Position numbers and translations under genes: made by a program. Positions 40,543-53,385 of a stretch of 64,000 nucleotides of DNA are shown here, one piece after another; within the stretch, counting starts at the first letter, position 1; each line of letters starts with the position of its first letter. Below the pieces are notes generated by a model. It saw only the letters and a list, made by a program, of their open reading frames with translations, made no database searches and was not told the origin of the DNA. The DNA lies in assembly GCA_964016885.1 (NCBI GenBank), contig OZ024743.1, positions 234,794,001-234,858,000 of the forward strand. Direction: 5' to 3'. The DNA comes from Eledone cirrhosa (lineage: Eukaryota).

Positions 40543-40977
40543 ATGGCACCCAGACCAAAAATAAAAAAAAAACGGAGAATCTTAACGATTCAACAAAAGC
40601 AGGAAATTATAAATAAGTACGAACAAGGTTTTAAAAAGAGAGTACTTTGTACTGAATACGGACTTCCTTCTTCGACTGTTGCAACCATATGCGCCCAGAG
40701 AGAAAGACTAAAATCTGTGAAGGTAATTGATAAATCGACGAGAGTGTTTAAAAGCAGGTCATTCATAGTGGAAGTAGAGAAGCGATTGTTAACTTGGATT
40801 AAAGAAAATCATACAAGGGATCTCATAAATGTTGAAGTTATTCGCGAAAAAGCCCTAGACTATTATGAACAGGTGAAGAGGAGCTTCCCTCGTTGTCTTG
40901 GGAGTGAAGTTCGTCCATTTAAGGCAAGTCTAGGCTGGTTTCATAAATTTAAAAAGAGAGCTGAAATTACGAATTTG
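40543..40977 (+). CDS. Variable exon V4: Tigger-type psq-HTH + CENP-B HTH, 145 codons
   Basis: KRRILTIQQKQEII...YGLPSSTVATI...VEKRLLTWI...IREKAL...FKASLGWFHKFKKR; ends TTG|GTAAGT (consensus donor, phase 0). Confidence 0.85.
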
Positions 40978-41084
40978 GTAAGTGTATGGTACTATCCTCA
41001 TATTTGTCTGCTAATAATGCAGCACTTTCCAAGTTTAGATGTTAACCATCCAATGAGGCTGAAATTAATTAACCAATTATAATC

Positions 41085-41345
41085 GAAGCCAAGCATTCTT
41101 TATAAAGTATATCGGCAATACCAGGACTTAACAAACAAAATTATTTTTTCCAGCCTGTGGCGTTCGAGACGTTTGGTGGAGTTGGACCACTGACAGCGAA
41201 GTTCTTGTCCTCACTGGCAGCTCGCCTTACTGAGGTGTCTGTCAGTTGATGTTCATGAGGGTGCCTGGTTATTTCAGCACCTTAACCTCACCATCACCCG
41301 TGGTAATGCTGCGAGCGTGTTGGCTTGCCTGAAAGTGTACAGTTA
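41085..41345 (+). mobile_element. CRE-like RLE 3' fragment (further pieces ~29200-29280, 39425-39500, 41700-42110 minus, 43710-44030, 52200-52780, 54495-54570 minus)
   Basis: FQPVAFETFGGVG...EGAWLFQHLNLTITRGNAASVL. Confidence 0.7.
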
Positions 41346-42809
41346 ACCCCCAAGGTGTGAGATGTTGCCTGCCGATTGTCGCACTTGGTGGTGAATTGTG
41401 TCCCCCCCCCCCCCCCTTCCTTTATTATTTTTGTTCATGAATTTATATTTTTGTGTCATTATACAACATTTGCCCTTCTGAACGAATTGCCAGCAATTGG
41501 TTATGTTATTTATGTATATATTTAAAACATATTTGCAACGTTATTCTGTAAATTTATACAACTATAATAAAAATATTATATATGTATAGTTAGATATAAA
41601 TTAATAGTATTAATAGTAATTAATAGGTCATGATTTACAAAACTAAATCAATAAAAAAAATTGTGTAGAAGAAAAAAGGGAGAAGACATGCACACTTAAT
41701 TACATGCTATAACAGGTAATGTTGATGTTGCCATCTAAACATTTTTGAGGCAAAGCTAAGGCACAAGAATAGCCAAGTGCCCTCTCAAACATCACTTGAT
41801 ACAAATGTTTCAAATGCCACTAGCTGAAAAATTTGATTTCTCACTAAATCACTGTCCATAGCATTTAAGATGCAAAAGAATATAAGGCATCTTCTAACTG
41901 AAGGGAAAAGTTAAAACCATCGGTCTTCTCATCGAACCTGGGCAATTCAGCCAGCTTTAGAATTCAAAGGATATTGACTTTGGCTAGGGTCTGTTTTATG
42001 ATTAGGTTCAACTAGGTGTGGCAAGCGAAGCAGCCCCCATTTAGTCATAGCAATCCGTGAAGACCCATGGAATCAAGGGGCTTGCCACATCAATATTTCA
42101 ATCTCCCACAGACATTGGAATGAGTAAGCCATAGATCTTTGTCACAAGCAGATCATCAACCCAAATACATAGAAAGCTGGTGGCTTCTTGAATATTGATC
42201 AAAATGAGAGTTGAAAATATATTTCAAAAATAGATTGTCCCAAACCCTCGGAGTTAATTTATCCTGCTCTGAAACTTATAAACCTCACTCCCTCCTCTGT
42301 AGTGAAGCTGTTTTTCTTTTGTTCTAAAGGTTAACCATTTGTGGGTTTATGTATATATAAACATACATATAATATATACATATGCACATCATTTTACATC
42401 CATTTTCTATGTTGGCATGGATTGTGCGAGTCCTCATGCTCCTCAGTTGAATGCCTTTCCTTAACACCAACCACTTTTTGAGTGTATTGGCTGCATATTT
42501 CATGGTATCAACACTAAAGAGATTGTCAAAGGGTCGTCTTAACTCTGTTGTCTCAGTTCATTCATCGAGGTGTAATGAATGTATTTTATCATGTTTGTCT
42601 TTCTATACTGGCATGGGTTTGACACATGTTTGTATGTATATATGTGTGTGTGTCTATATATCATCATTTAACATTCAGTTTCTCTACTAGTAAGGGTTGA
42701 ACATGTATATACATGAAACTTTATATTTTCTAAATATTGTGAAAATGTTTTTCTACATAAAAGTTCTCAATTGTTTACTGTTTTTAAAGTATTTATATTA
42801 TTATTGTAG

Positions 42810-43015
42810 ACTAGTATATCAAAGAAACAATTATATCAACTCAAAAAGAAGCGACTGCCTACCTCTTCTACAACAGTGCTTATCCCAGATAACCCCCATC
42901 TTCCACCTTCACCTCCAGCTACCAAAATTCCCCAAAAGCAAATTTATACTAAGGTGTTTCGAGAAGAAAATTTGAAAAAGGAGGAACAGTGTCAAGAAAA
43001 TGTTTTTACTGACAG
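42810..43015 (+). CDS. Constant exon C1 (basic/Pro-rich linker; not in ORF track)
   Basis: Acceptor ttattgtag|ACT; open phase-0 frame TSISKKQLYQLKKKRLPTSS...QENVFTD (68 codons + AG); donor AG|GTAAAT (phase 2) joins 43111 in frame across a 95-nt intron. Confidence 0.82.
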
Positions 43016-43110
43016 GTAAATTAATGAGGTTTTGACATATATTTTCAATATGCTGCAATTTTGTACTGAAGAAAAAATATATTTGTCATGGCTTTTATCT
43101 TAAATTTCAG

Positions 43111-43405
43111 ACAAACCATTAATCATATTTCTGAGATGGCTGGGAAACCTCATGAAATTTCAGCTCAAAACTCTATTTGTGTGGTGGATGAATCTGAAAA
43201 TGTGCCACATCCAATTCAATTTTCAACTCCTGAACTTCCGATGCCTGTTAGGCAACCAAAGTCCATTGAAAAACCACAACCTCAAGGGAAGAAAATATTT
43301 ATTCTTGCTGATCATCAGAGAACTGTAATGTCCAACTTGGCATTGTTATGGAAGAGTGGAAAATTATGTGATGCTGGCATTGGCAATGGTTTATCTACAG
43401 TGATG
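43111..43405 (+). CDS. Constant exon C2: BTB/POZ N-terminal half, copy B
   Basis: Acceptor aaatttcag (phase 2); ...KIFILADHQRTVMSNLALLWKSGKLCDAGIGNGLSTVM; donor ATG|GTATGT (phase 0). Confidence 0.88.
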
Positions 43406-45777
43406 GTATGTTAGACAAAGACTTTTATTTGTATTTATTAGTTTCTTTTTCTATGTATTTCTACATAAACATGTAGTTAAATAATCTTGGAAAAAAATTA
43501 CTGTTAGAAGTGGGGGGTCAGCTTATATTCGGGGTTAATATTTTGATGATTTTTACCAACTTAAAATTCTACATTGCAAGAATTGCTGGAACAATATGCT
43601 TTTAGCAATCATATAGTGTTATTTCTATATAAAATAAAGTTGTCTCCTGTTTCTTTTACTAAATATTTTCCTTGATCTTTGTATTTCCATTTCACAACTC
43701 TATCGCTACAGTACCGGTCGCCTTCCACGTGATGCTGCTCTCAACGAGGTCATAAAGCATGGCTAGAATGCTGCAGGTATCTTTCTATTCTGCGGTGGTA
43801 AACCCCTTGTCTGGGATGTGCAATCTGCCACTAACCCAGGCTCTGCTGCACTTCGGGCTGAGGAGGCTAAACTCTCCAAGTATCAGTCACTCTCCGACAG
43901 GTTTGCAGTCTCCTAGCAGTGGAGACCTCTGGTGTCTTTGGCCCTAGGGCTACCTCCCTACACACCACCATAGGCACTTAGCTGGCGAGCTGCAGGTGTG
44001 AGCCTTGCGAGATGGAATGGTTCTTCCAGGAAAATGCCTTTTCTGTTTTCTCCACCGGGGCCCTGGGACCCCATTTGTTCATAATAGTGAGAGATGGAGG
44101 CGATGACAATGGGAGTTTGGCTCCCCTGTAGTTGGACCTGGTGTACGTGTGTGTGTATGTTTATTTCTATTCATTCGATATGACAGTATCTACACTTTAT
44201 CATACATCAGAGGACCTATGCACTTTATCTATAGTAATCTCTAGATTGCCTCTTGTTTGGTCTGCTTCTAACTGGATTTGGTCTTACCAACAAAGCAATG
44301 TATCTTCATTACTCATGTACCATGTACAGCTACAAAGAAATAGCTCTCTACAAATGTTAGGTTTTTGTTGCTGACAATTTTATGATCACATTTACTTTAC
44401 ACATTCTAGACTTCATCAAAGCCTAAGAATATTTTACTCTTAATAATTTTTTATCTTATTTGTTAAAAGAAACATTAACTGTGAGATTATACGTAGGAGT
44501 TCTGCCACCACCATTTACTAGCACATTCTAGAGAATATCCCCAAAATGATTGTCTGCCTTTGATCCATAACACTCTACAATAACTGCTCCATCATCATAC
44601 AGTATCATCATCATCACTGTTTTATGTCCAGTATCTCTCCTATAATTCCAAGATAGTTATTACCATAGTTTTTGCTCCTCTGGACTTGAATATAAACCAC
44701 TTAAATCTAAGTTTCAACTGTGTATCCACCTTTTGTGTTATTACTCCTGTAATATCTACAATCTTCTCAGTACTGATTGAACTAACAATTAGTTCAATTA
44801 AGAATGCTATGGCATGGACAAAAAGTTACTAAAAACAATAACTTATAAAAAGATGTGACATTCTTAAAAGAATTCATGGTATCTTGAAACTAGTTCTAAA
44901 GTTTAAAAATCATATTTTTCACTGTTTTACAAACTGTAAAGTCTTCTTTATGTCCCTATAAATCAATGTTTCTGGAATGAATTTTAATGATTCTCTGAAG
45001 AAAAAATTCCGAAAGAAATATTTAAAATAAAAACAATATTTAAAAACATTTTTCTATTTTCTTTTTATTGATCTTTTCAAAATATATCCATAAAATATCA
45101 ATAAGAGATTGAGAACATGTTGTTTACAAAAGAGAAAGTAGTATATAAATATTTCTGTTATTGAATTCACTAATGCAATACATTAAGAAGTGAAGTTTGA
45201 TTTCAACAAAATTATGTTTTTTATAAGTTCTTTGGTTGTTTGAAAGGTTTACAACTAATATCTGATTGGAAGATAGAAATATAAATTATAAACCTGCAAT
45301 AAAGTTTCATTAAAAGAATGGTATCCAGCTGTAAAGTTTTAACCAGGAAAAAAGGGATAAACAAAGGAAACATGAACTCTGCAAACTGTTGCACAGGGGA
45401 GCCTTTGAATAAAAACTTATATAGATTAGAGACTCTTTGGTTCTGTTACAGACAACCTCTTTAGTGTCAGTGGCATGTGAGATATGTCCAACCCATGCAA
45501 AACAGTAAAACTTTCTGAAAGTTCAGGAAAAAAGTTTTCATAAAATTGAAATAAAAATAGAAACTTCTCAGTAATATTTTGACGTATAAACTCTGCATGT
45601 AATTCTCATAAAATATTTAGTTGTACTAGGCAGCTATTATGCTATTAGCCAATTAAAAAAAAATCTGTAATTCAAAGTGAAGTAACCCAGATTTCATTCA
45701 TTAATCTCATTTTCTGTAGCCTGAAACAGGTTTTTTTTAACATAGCTATTATAGGTAACTTCTCAGATAAATTTTAG

Positions 45778-46119
45778 GCACATGGCTTAGTGGTTAGAGC
45801 ATTGGCCTTGCAATCGAAAGGTTGTGAGTTCAATTCTCAGACCAGGTGATGTGTTGTTTCCTTGAGCAAGACACTTTATTTCACAGTGCTCCAGTTTACT
45901 CAGCTGTAGAAATGAGATGATAGGGACTGGAGTCCATATCATTCCACTGCAAAGTGGTCGTGGAGGTGCCACAGCAAAAAAGCACCCAGCACTCACTGTA
46001 AATGAGGTTGGTGTTAGGAAGGGCATCCAGCTGTAGAAATCAAGCCAGAATCAGTTCGCGTCTCACCCTTGCAAGCAGGGAAAAGTGGACGTAAAATGAA
46101 ATGATGATGATGATGATGA
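45778..46119 (+). mobile_element. Full-length tRNA-derived SINE with RTE-derived tail
   Basis: A box TGGCTTAGTGG, B box GAGTTCAATTC, central TCCTTGAGCAAGACACTTTA...CTCAGCTG, 3' CACCCTTGCAAGCAGGGAAAAG...(TGA)n shared with RTE end at ~62460-62513. Confidence 0.9.
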
Positions 46120-46616
46120 CTCTCTAGTAGGCAAATATAATTATTTTGCTGAAAAGTCTGGTAAACCTGCAAAGGAATATTAACAGGTAGTGCACATGTT
46201 CATTCAATTTCTATTTTTAAACTAATTTTAAATAACTCACTCCTATTTTCTTTGGCTTCAAAACCACTGATATAGGCTGACCAGTAGTACTTTAAAACTT
46301 CTGTTGAATACAATAGTTATGGTCGAGTCATAATACACAGAAAATCTTTGGTATTGGAATGCAATAGAAAAGTAAAATATTTGTTATAGCTGGGATGGAC
46401 CAATTTACTGTCATTTTAGAAATGTTTTATAAGGCTTCAAATACAGCAGTAAAACTGAGGATATTTATTCAGGAGAATATCTACTTGTAACATTCATAGT
46501 TTGATTAAAGAAAAAGTTTGAAGTTAAAAGAACAAATTATTTTCAAGTATTCTTTGGTATTAATATTTCATAAATCCCACAACTGTTTTTTCTTATCTTT
46601 TTTTTTTATGTTTCAG

Positions 46617-47639
46617 GTACATAAAGTTGTTTTATCTGCTGTGTGTCCTAAGCTGTTGTCAGTATTTGGTACAGATATGCTTTCTCAGAGGTTTCTTCAA
46701 ATTAACTTACCAGAAGAAGTTAGCACAGAAGCTTTAAATGCCTTTGCTGAATACATGTACAATGGGATTCTAGATCTTGATACAGATATTTTACAACAAT
46801 TAAAAATCATTGCAAAACAATTAGACATGAAAGAATTTGAACAATTGTGTGATAGTCAACTGCCCAGTCCAACACCTCAGCAATCTACATCAACTGCTAA
46901 TGTATTTGGTGGTTCAAGCCAAATACAGAATGATATATCAATGTCACCAAACACCACTACAACACCAATTCAACCAGTTTTATCTTTTCCGTCTATATCA
47001 TCTAAATCTCTTTCAACTGTCCGTACACAGGTCATTAATATTAAAGATAAGATTTCAAAAACTGAACTATCACTACACAAGGAAAATAAAGTTAATGTGT
47101 ATGGACCTGAATCTGAAGTTGTCTTAATAGATACAAGTGTAGACAGCAGTTCTGGAGGTTTTGTCATGGTTCCCAGTGTGAAAAATGAACCTATGGAGCA
47201 TGAAAATGACAATTATCAAGAACATAATAATGAGTTTTACATTTCCACTCCAGTTTCAATCGGTTCTCGGACATTAACCAATAGTTTGAATTCCAAAGTT
47301 GCATCAACTACAGAATTTGTTTTACCATTTTCAGACAGCATAGATAGCAATGTAACAACAAATGTGATACATGGAACATCATCTAAATTAAAATCTAATG
47401 TATTTGAAAGCTCTCTAGTTTCTGACTTATCTCCTGTATCATGTATTGAAGAGAAAATGTGTTCCCAGTCCAGTCCCATAAGAAAAGATCCTTCTAAACA
47501 ACTAAATCGAACTGGTAGCCATGAAGGTGTCTATCCTATAGAACTTTTTACAGCAGGAGGAGACAGTTTACCATTATCATCATCACAAGTTACCAATGTT
47601 AAAAATATAGGTTTATATAAAACAAATGATCTTACCTGA
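46617..47639 (+). CDS. Constant exon C3: BTB/POZ C-terminal half + S/T-rich tail, with stop codon
   Basis: Long polypyrimidine acceptor ...tttcag|GTA CAT AAA (phase 0); VHKVVLSAVCPKL...EALNAFAEYMYNG...IAKQLDMKEFEQLC completes BTB (LCD...HKVVLSA...YMYNG); TGA 47637-47639, followed by ATTAAA. Confidence 0.9.
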   Translation, partial: VHKVVLSAVCPKLLSVFGTDMLSQRFLQINLPEEVSTEALNAFAEYMYNGILDLDTDILQQLKIIAKQLDMKEFEQLCDSQLPSPTPQQSTSTANVFGGSSQIQNDISMSPNTTTTPIQPVLSFPSISSKSLSTVRTQVINIKDKISKTELSLHKENKVNVYGPESEVVLIDTSVDSSSGGFVMVPSVKNEPMEHENDNYQEHNNEFYISTPVSIGSRTLTNSLNSKVASTTEFVLPFSDSIDSNVTTNVIHGTSSKLKSNVFESSLVSDLSPVSCIEEKMCSQSSPIRKDPSKQLNRTGSHEGVYPIELFTAGGDSLPLSSSQVTNVKNIGLYKTNDLT

Positions 47640-50143
47640 TATTAAAAATAATATATTGTGTGTTGTGCTTGTATGCATTTATGTTAGTATGTGTGTGTAT
47701 ACACATATATCACACCATCATCCTCAGTTTCATTGTCATCTTCATCAACAGTTACATCACTATCTTCTCTATCATCATACCACCAACCCACATCATCACA
47801 TTCCCCACCCCACGTCCCCATGTAACTTTTAATTAATGACATTTCTCTGCCACAATCAACTCTTTACCATTTCCTCTTACCCTCACTGACCCCGCCACCA
47901 GCACCTTCACTAATGGCTATTCATCTTCTACCTATCAGCTTCGTCACCATCATAATGAGCACCACTGAATTCATCATCATTACTCCTACTTCTATTACTA
48001 CCACTTTATTTATTTACATATGTACTGAGTTATTAATTTATTTGAATATACCTTTAATCCTTATCTACCGTCTAACCCATACTAGCGTGGAAAGTGGACG
48101 TTAAATGATGATGATGATGATGCCATCATCATCTCTGTTTTCCTCATCAACCCCACATAACCCAGCACCATCATCAACTTCACCTGTTCACCTATCTGTC
48201 CTTTTATATCAATTTACACTATCTTTTTATTCCCTGAATTGATGCTTCAGTATATATAAACCAGGCCCCAGCTATATTTTCACAGGTTGACAAGTGTCCT
48301 TAAGCTTGAAATTCTAGGTTCTTTAGTCACTGATGTAGCTTTATGGCTATAATAAAGTATATCAGTTACCATGACACATCCCTATTGCTATCTTGTTGCA
48401 TAGCTCATGTTGCTTTTCTACTCAATCTCCTACCTACCACTGTCACTCTCTCCCCTCCCATCCTATCACTTTGTTTCTTTTTTTATATTTAAATCATAAT
48501 CTCTCTGTCACAGTTACCTTGCAAAAACAGAGAATACATTGGATGGAACAGTCTCTTTAACCTTGAAGTGGACATAACAGCGTCTCTCGTGCTGGGGCAA
48601 TGATAAAATGTACTCAGTACACTCTTTAGAATGGGTGATGTTAGGAAGTGCATACAGCTGTAGAAACCATGCCAAAATTGGGATGTACAGATAAGTCTTC
48701 GCCCCCAAGTCACAGTCCCTTTCTCATCTAGGAGAGCAATAACAGTTTCTGCCTACTGAATTCACTCACAAGGCATTGTTTGGCCTACACATTTGAATAG
48801 GGCACAGACCATGTGTTTAAGAAGTGAACTTGCTGACGACGTAGTTATATATATATATATCAACTAGAAATTGATTGACATATAAATATATCTAAAATAA
48901 ACATATGAAGGCGCATGTCTATCTGACATGATACCCTTAATTTAACTTAATTTTGGATATATATATATATATATATCAATTTACTCTATTGAGGTAATGC
49001 TGATATGACAACAAAAGGCACCCCTGTAACTACTCATGCTGATGCCATAAAAGAGCACCATGTTCACCCTGTAAGATGGTTGTACTGGTGCTATGACAAA
49101 AAGTACCCAGTCCATTCTGTAATGTAGTAGTAGTGGTACCACAATAAAAACTCCAAGTACACGCTGCAATGCAGTTTACATTAGGAAGGGCATCCAGCTG
49201 TAGAAAACTAGGGCCCAAATGGATTGTACGAGCAAGACCTATCTACCCCTGCAACATGATAGACTGTCTAACCTATGCAAGCAAGGAAAATAAATTATAT
49301 CTTAAAATAACCATCAATAAATTTAACTATACATATTTAAAGCTATATTTTTGTATTAAACATTTTCACAAAAAATATTTCTTTGTTGTATGTTTTATTA
49401 TATGATAAAGTAAAAAATCTTGTGAGATTAGTTGCTCATATGTAACATTGATTACAGAAACTCCTTTTCTGATTTTCATTTATATATGTTACCCAGCTCG
49501 GTAGGCTAATGAATCAGTGCTTAAATATCTAGTATTTCATATTGTATAAGTGGTGTTGCAACATTCCTTATTATCAACCATTTTAAAGAGTTTTAGCAGT
49601 GATGATTAGTCGTGGTCGCCAGTGTGGTAAAATGATGGTATCCTCGTTGGATTGTCTTGTCGACATAGACATGAGGGAAGGTCCCTTGATCTATTTACCA
49701 TCTTTGTATTTACAATATTCCTTTCGTCAGGTCGCCAATTCCAGCAGCATGGATTATAGATGTTATTGAGACACGAGTAACATAATAATGATTTCAACAG
49801 CAGAAATTAGAGATGAAATGTATGTTTTTTTTTTTTATGTAGTACAAACAATGTTTGTTAACTTATATGGTTGAAGTTACATATAAAAAGAGGTTACAAA
49901 AGGGAATGTGCCATTGTGCCGGCGAGGCTAGGGGTACAAAATCTCACCGTTACATTGTGCGTGTTGCTGGTTCGAAGTTCCTGGTACAAGAGAAAGATTC
50001 TTCAAATCTTCGCGGGGAATTTCTTCCTCAGGGCGTGTAGGGATACATCCTCTTCTACTGGCGTTGATTGGCTGAACTGAGCCAAATCACGCACAGAGAA
50101 TGTATGTGAGCCCGCAGAATGTAGGTCACTACAGAGTCTACTA

Positions 50144-50419
50144 CAGAGGTTCTCAAACATTTTGGGCCATGGCCATGCAATACTGCCTACACGCAAATTG
50201 TAAATAATATATATAAATAAAATCGTTAATTTATATATAATACGTATAATATAATATATACTATGTATAAATAAATATATATTTTTTATTTTACTATATT
50301 TATATATATGTATCATTTGATATTTAATATATTATTAGATCATCTCTATAGGCCCCAGCACCCCATGGACCTTCTCAATTACCTATGGGGAGCAGTAGCG
50401 CCCACTTTGAGAACCTCTG
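50144..50419. mobile_element. hAT-type MITE
   Basis: 14-bp TIR CAGAGGTTCTCAAA / TTTGAGAACCTCTG; flanking 8-mers GTCTACTA / GTCTTCTC (6/8 match). Confidence 0.8.
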
Positions 50420-52839
50420 GTCTTCTCGGTGAATTTTTATTGTGGCACCCACACTAAGGATGTTGCTGCATGGAAGCAAAATATGGCTTTTTAATTATAC
50501 GTGGAAGGGCATCCAGCCGTAGAAAACCAGCCAGAAGTAGTCCAATGTGAGCGAGACACGGTCATTTGACCCAACTTGTCTCTAATGGGACTAACCCATG
50601 CTAGCGTGGAAAATAGACGGAAGATAGTTGGTGTTTAAATGAAGACAACATAAGGTTGAGAAGATGCCTTTAGCAATATCAGTCTAAAGTATGTCTCGAG
50701 CCTGGAGGCTTATCCCGGTTTCCGTGGCTTTAAGTGACTGAGAGTACAAGACTCCCCATCCGCTGGACAGGATGTCAGTCCATTGCAAGGTTAAATTCCC
50801 AGCTATTGCTGGTACTCATTTTCAGCTGAGTACTGGAGCAACGTGAAATGTGTTTTGTTCAAGAAGACAACATACAACCCAGTCCAGGAACCAAATTTAC
50901 ATTTGGAGAGTAAGTCCAACACGCCACTTTAGGACATAATGACTTCTCTAATGCTGATATCATGATAAAATGTACCTACTACACGCTGTAAATCAGTCGA
51001 TGTTAGAAAGGGCATCCAACTTACACTTAGCATTCAAACAACTTCTATTCTGTAGCTAGTGGCTTCTGTGATGTCTTATGGAAAAGAAATATTTTCAATC
51101 AGTTTTTTTTTCAAAGGTTGAACCATTTCTAACCAATTATAGTAAAGTGACATTTTCCATTCCAACTCCACTTTGCAGGAAGTCGAACTAATCCATTATT
51201 GCGTTTTTATTCACACAAAGCTGGTCCATAATTGTTTCCTGTTTTAAGTTTCAGCCCTCATCATTGTAATGACATGAGGATTTTGATCTTTTACTGGTTT
51301 CAGTCACCAGAAAGTGGCCATGCTGGGTTCTAACTTTCAAAACATTTAGTTGATCATACCGGCCCCAGTACTTATTTTTCAAGTCTGTTGCTTATTTTAT
51401 TGATCTAAGTTATCAGGCATAAACAAACAGTAAACGTAAACATAGATAGGCAGATGCACATATACGATAGGATTTTTCAGTTTCTGTCTACCAAATTTCC
51501 CTCATAAAGCATAGGTGAACTCTTGGCTATAGAAAATTGTTCAACCACATAGTCCCTATGCAAATATTTAATTTTTCTGCACAAGGCTACACATTTTCAG
51601 AGACAGATCAACCACGGTACTTGATTAAAACTTTATTTTCTCAACACTGGAAAGGATTTGAAATCAGAATGTTAAGGGAGATAATTAAGTATGGATTTCT
51701 AATTTAGGTACAAGATTAGTAAAGTTTTGTAGGGAAGGCAAAGTTGATTAAATCAACTCCAGTACTTGACTAGTATTTTATTTTATCGACTCTGGAAAGA
51801 TAAAAGGCGAAGTTGACCCTAGGGGGTTGAGCCAGAATAAATACCGCAACAGCATTTTAACCGACACTTTATAAATTCAGAACCTGTACTAATTCTGTCA
51901 ATTAATCCATCGTTGTTTTCATTAAACATATAAGTATTAGTGTGCATTTCCAGTTTTGTGTGAAGTCAGTTCGTTTTTCTAAAATCTATGAAAAGTAAAA
52001 CAATTGCAAAACAAAAAGATCCGGAATGTTGATCTATGGTTTTGAGTTACTCATTTCACTGGCTTCCATTCTGTGGACGTCCAATCTCTCAAACGCAAAT
52101 GCGACACAAGCCAGCGCAACAAAGCTTCGGACAGCGTTGTGTACATGCTTTACCATCTGGCATGTTTTCGCTCTGTCTCTCAACTCCTTAACAGTACTTG
52201 ACTAAATATTGGACTCTCGTCAACTGGTACTCACCTGGGCAGCGACTGTTTATGCATCGGTGCTTCCTCGAAGCTCGCCCTCCATATCAGCAAGTAACAC
52301 AAATTATGCTGCGGAACCATGGTGTATGCTTTCGGCCTTCATTCATTATCATGCCATCTCATGGTCGACTGCCTCTCTCAACAAAATCGTTGGGCATAGC
52401 TTTGACGCTGATGGCGTCGTACAGCAGCTCGAACCAGTGGGATTAAACCTAGGAGACAGCATCAGAATCTGTGGTAAGCCTCTAATCTAGGACGCGATAT
52501 GTAGCGACACTTTTTCCCGCAGTAACTTACTGAATTCAGCGATAGACCTATGTTTCGTTGCTCAACAAGCTGTAGAAGTATCGGTCACTTTCTGATAGAT
52601 TTGTCGTCGATCTTATAGCTTTAGTAACTTCTGATGTTGTAGGACCCCGAACCACCTCTCTGTTCGGTGTTAATCACCCGCAGGATTGAGCTCCGCTAGT
52701 TGGAATGGATATTTCAATGCGTCTCTTTAGCTATTCCCTGAAGTAACGCTTTCTCTATTTTGTCCGCTGGCATCCTGAGGTAAACATGTTGTATTACTGG
52801 CACAGCATAGACGCATCTCTGGCAAAAAAGGTAAATATT

Positions 52840-53300
52840 TAAAAAAGCACCAGTTAGTTCTTCCTTTTTTTTTTTTTTTTTTTCGTGTTTTCAACTAACT
52901 TTGAACGACTCCTTTTTCTGAAAACGGAGAGAGACCCTCGAAGTTACAGATAAGTACCCCTATGTCGTTTAAATTTATAGAAAAGCACTTGTTGGAGTTC
53001 GGTGAGAAATGTTTCCCCTCGCCTTTTTCGTGTTTTCAACTAATCTGATTGCCAACCCACTCGCAAACGAAGGGGGATCGGATCGAAGTTTCAAGGTTTC
53101 TATGGTGGGAATTTTTTCCTCGTTTTCAACGAATCTGACCTCCAAATTAGCTGGAAAACAAAATATACACTATGAGGTTACTCTCGTAATTTTATTTCAC
53201 ACCAGAACTTAGTATTTTTCTACCTTCGAAACTAGAAAGCTACATAGTTCTCTCGGCACAGCCGTATTTTTGTATCTTATACAGCAAAGAATTTTACAGA
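52840..53300 (+). promoter_or_regulatory. Probable POLR2D promoter / 5' UTR
   Basis: CpG-retaining stretch directly upstream of the ATG, with three copies of a GTTTTCAAC(T/G)AA motif. Confidence 0.5.
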
Positions 53301-53385
53301 ATGGCCAGCAGTTCTTCTGCTGCAGGTACAACATCATCCACCGAACAAACCGAAGAAGATGCTTCAGAATTACAGTTTCCTAAAG
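53301..53385 (+). CDS. POLR2D: RNA polymerase II subunit RPB4, exon 1
   Basis: MASSSSAAGTTSSTEQTEEDASELQFPK; donor G|GTATAT; five exons join to 441 nt / 146 aa. Confidence 0.95.

Noticed and set aside
45778-45850. tRNA-Cys-like sequence (also 5090-5149 and 11560-11635)
   Set aside because: SINE heads: no proper acceptor stem, and they continue into SINE body and tail.
46518-46616. N-terminal extension of the 373-aa ORF
   Set aside because: Intronic polypyrimidine tract; the coding exon starts at 46617.
49600-50140. CpG-containing minus-strand short ORFs
   Set aside because: Broken frames, probably an old retroelement ORF1 piece; cannot be assigned.
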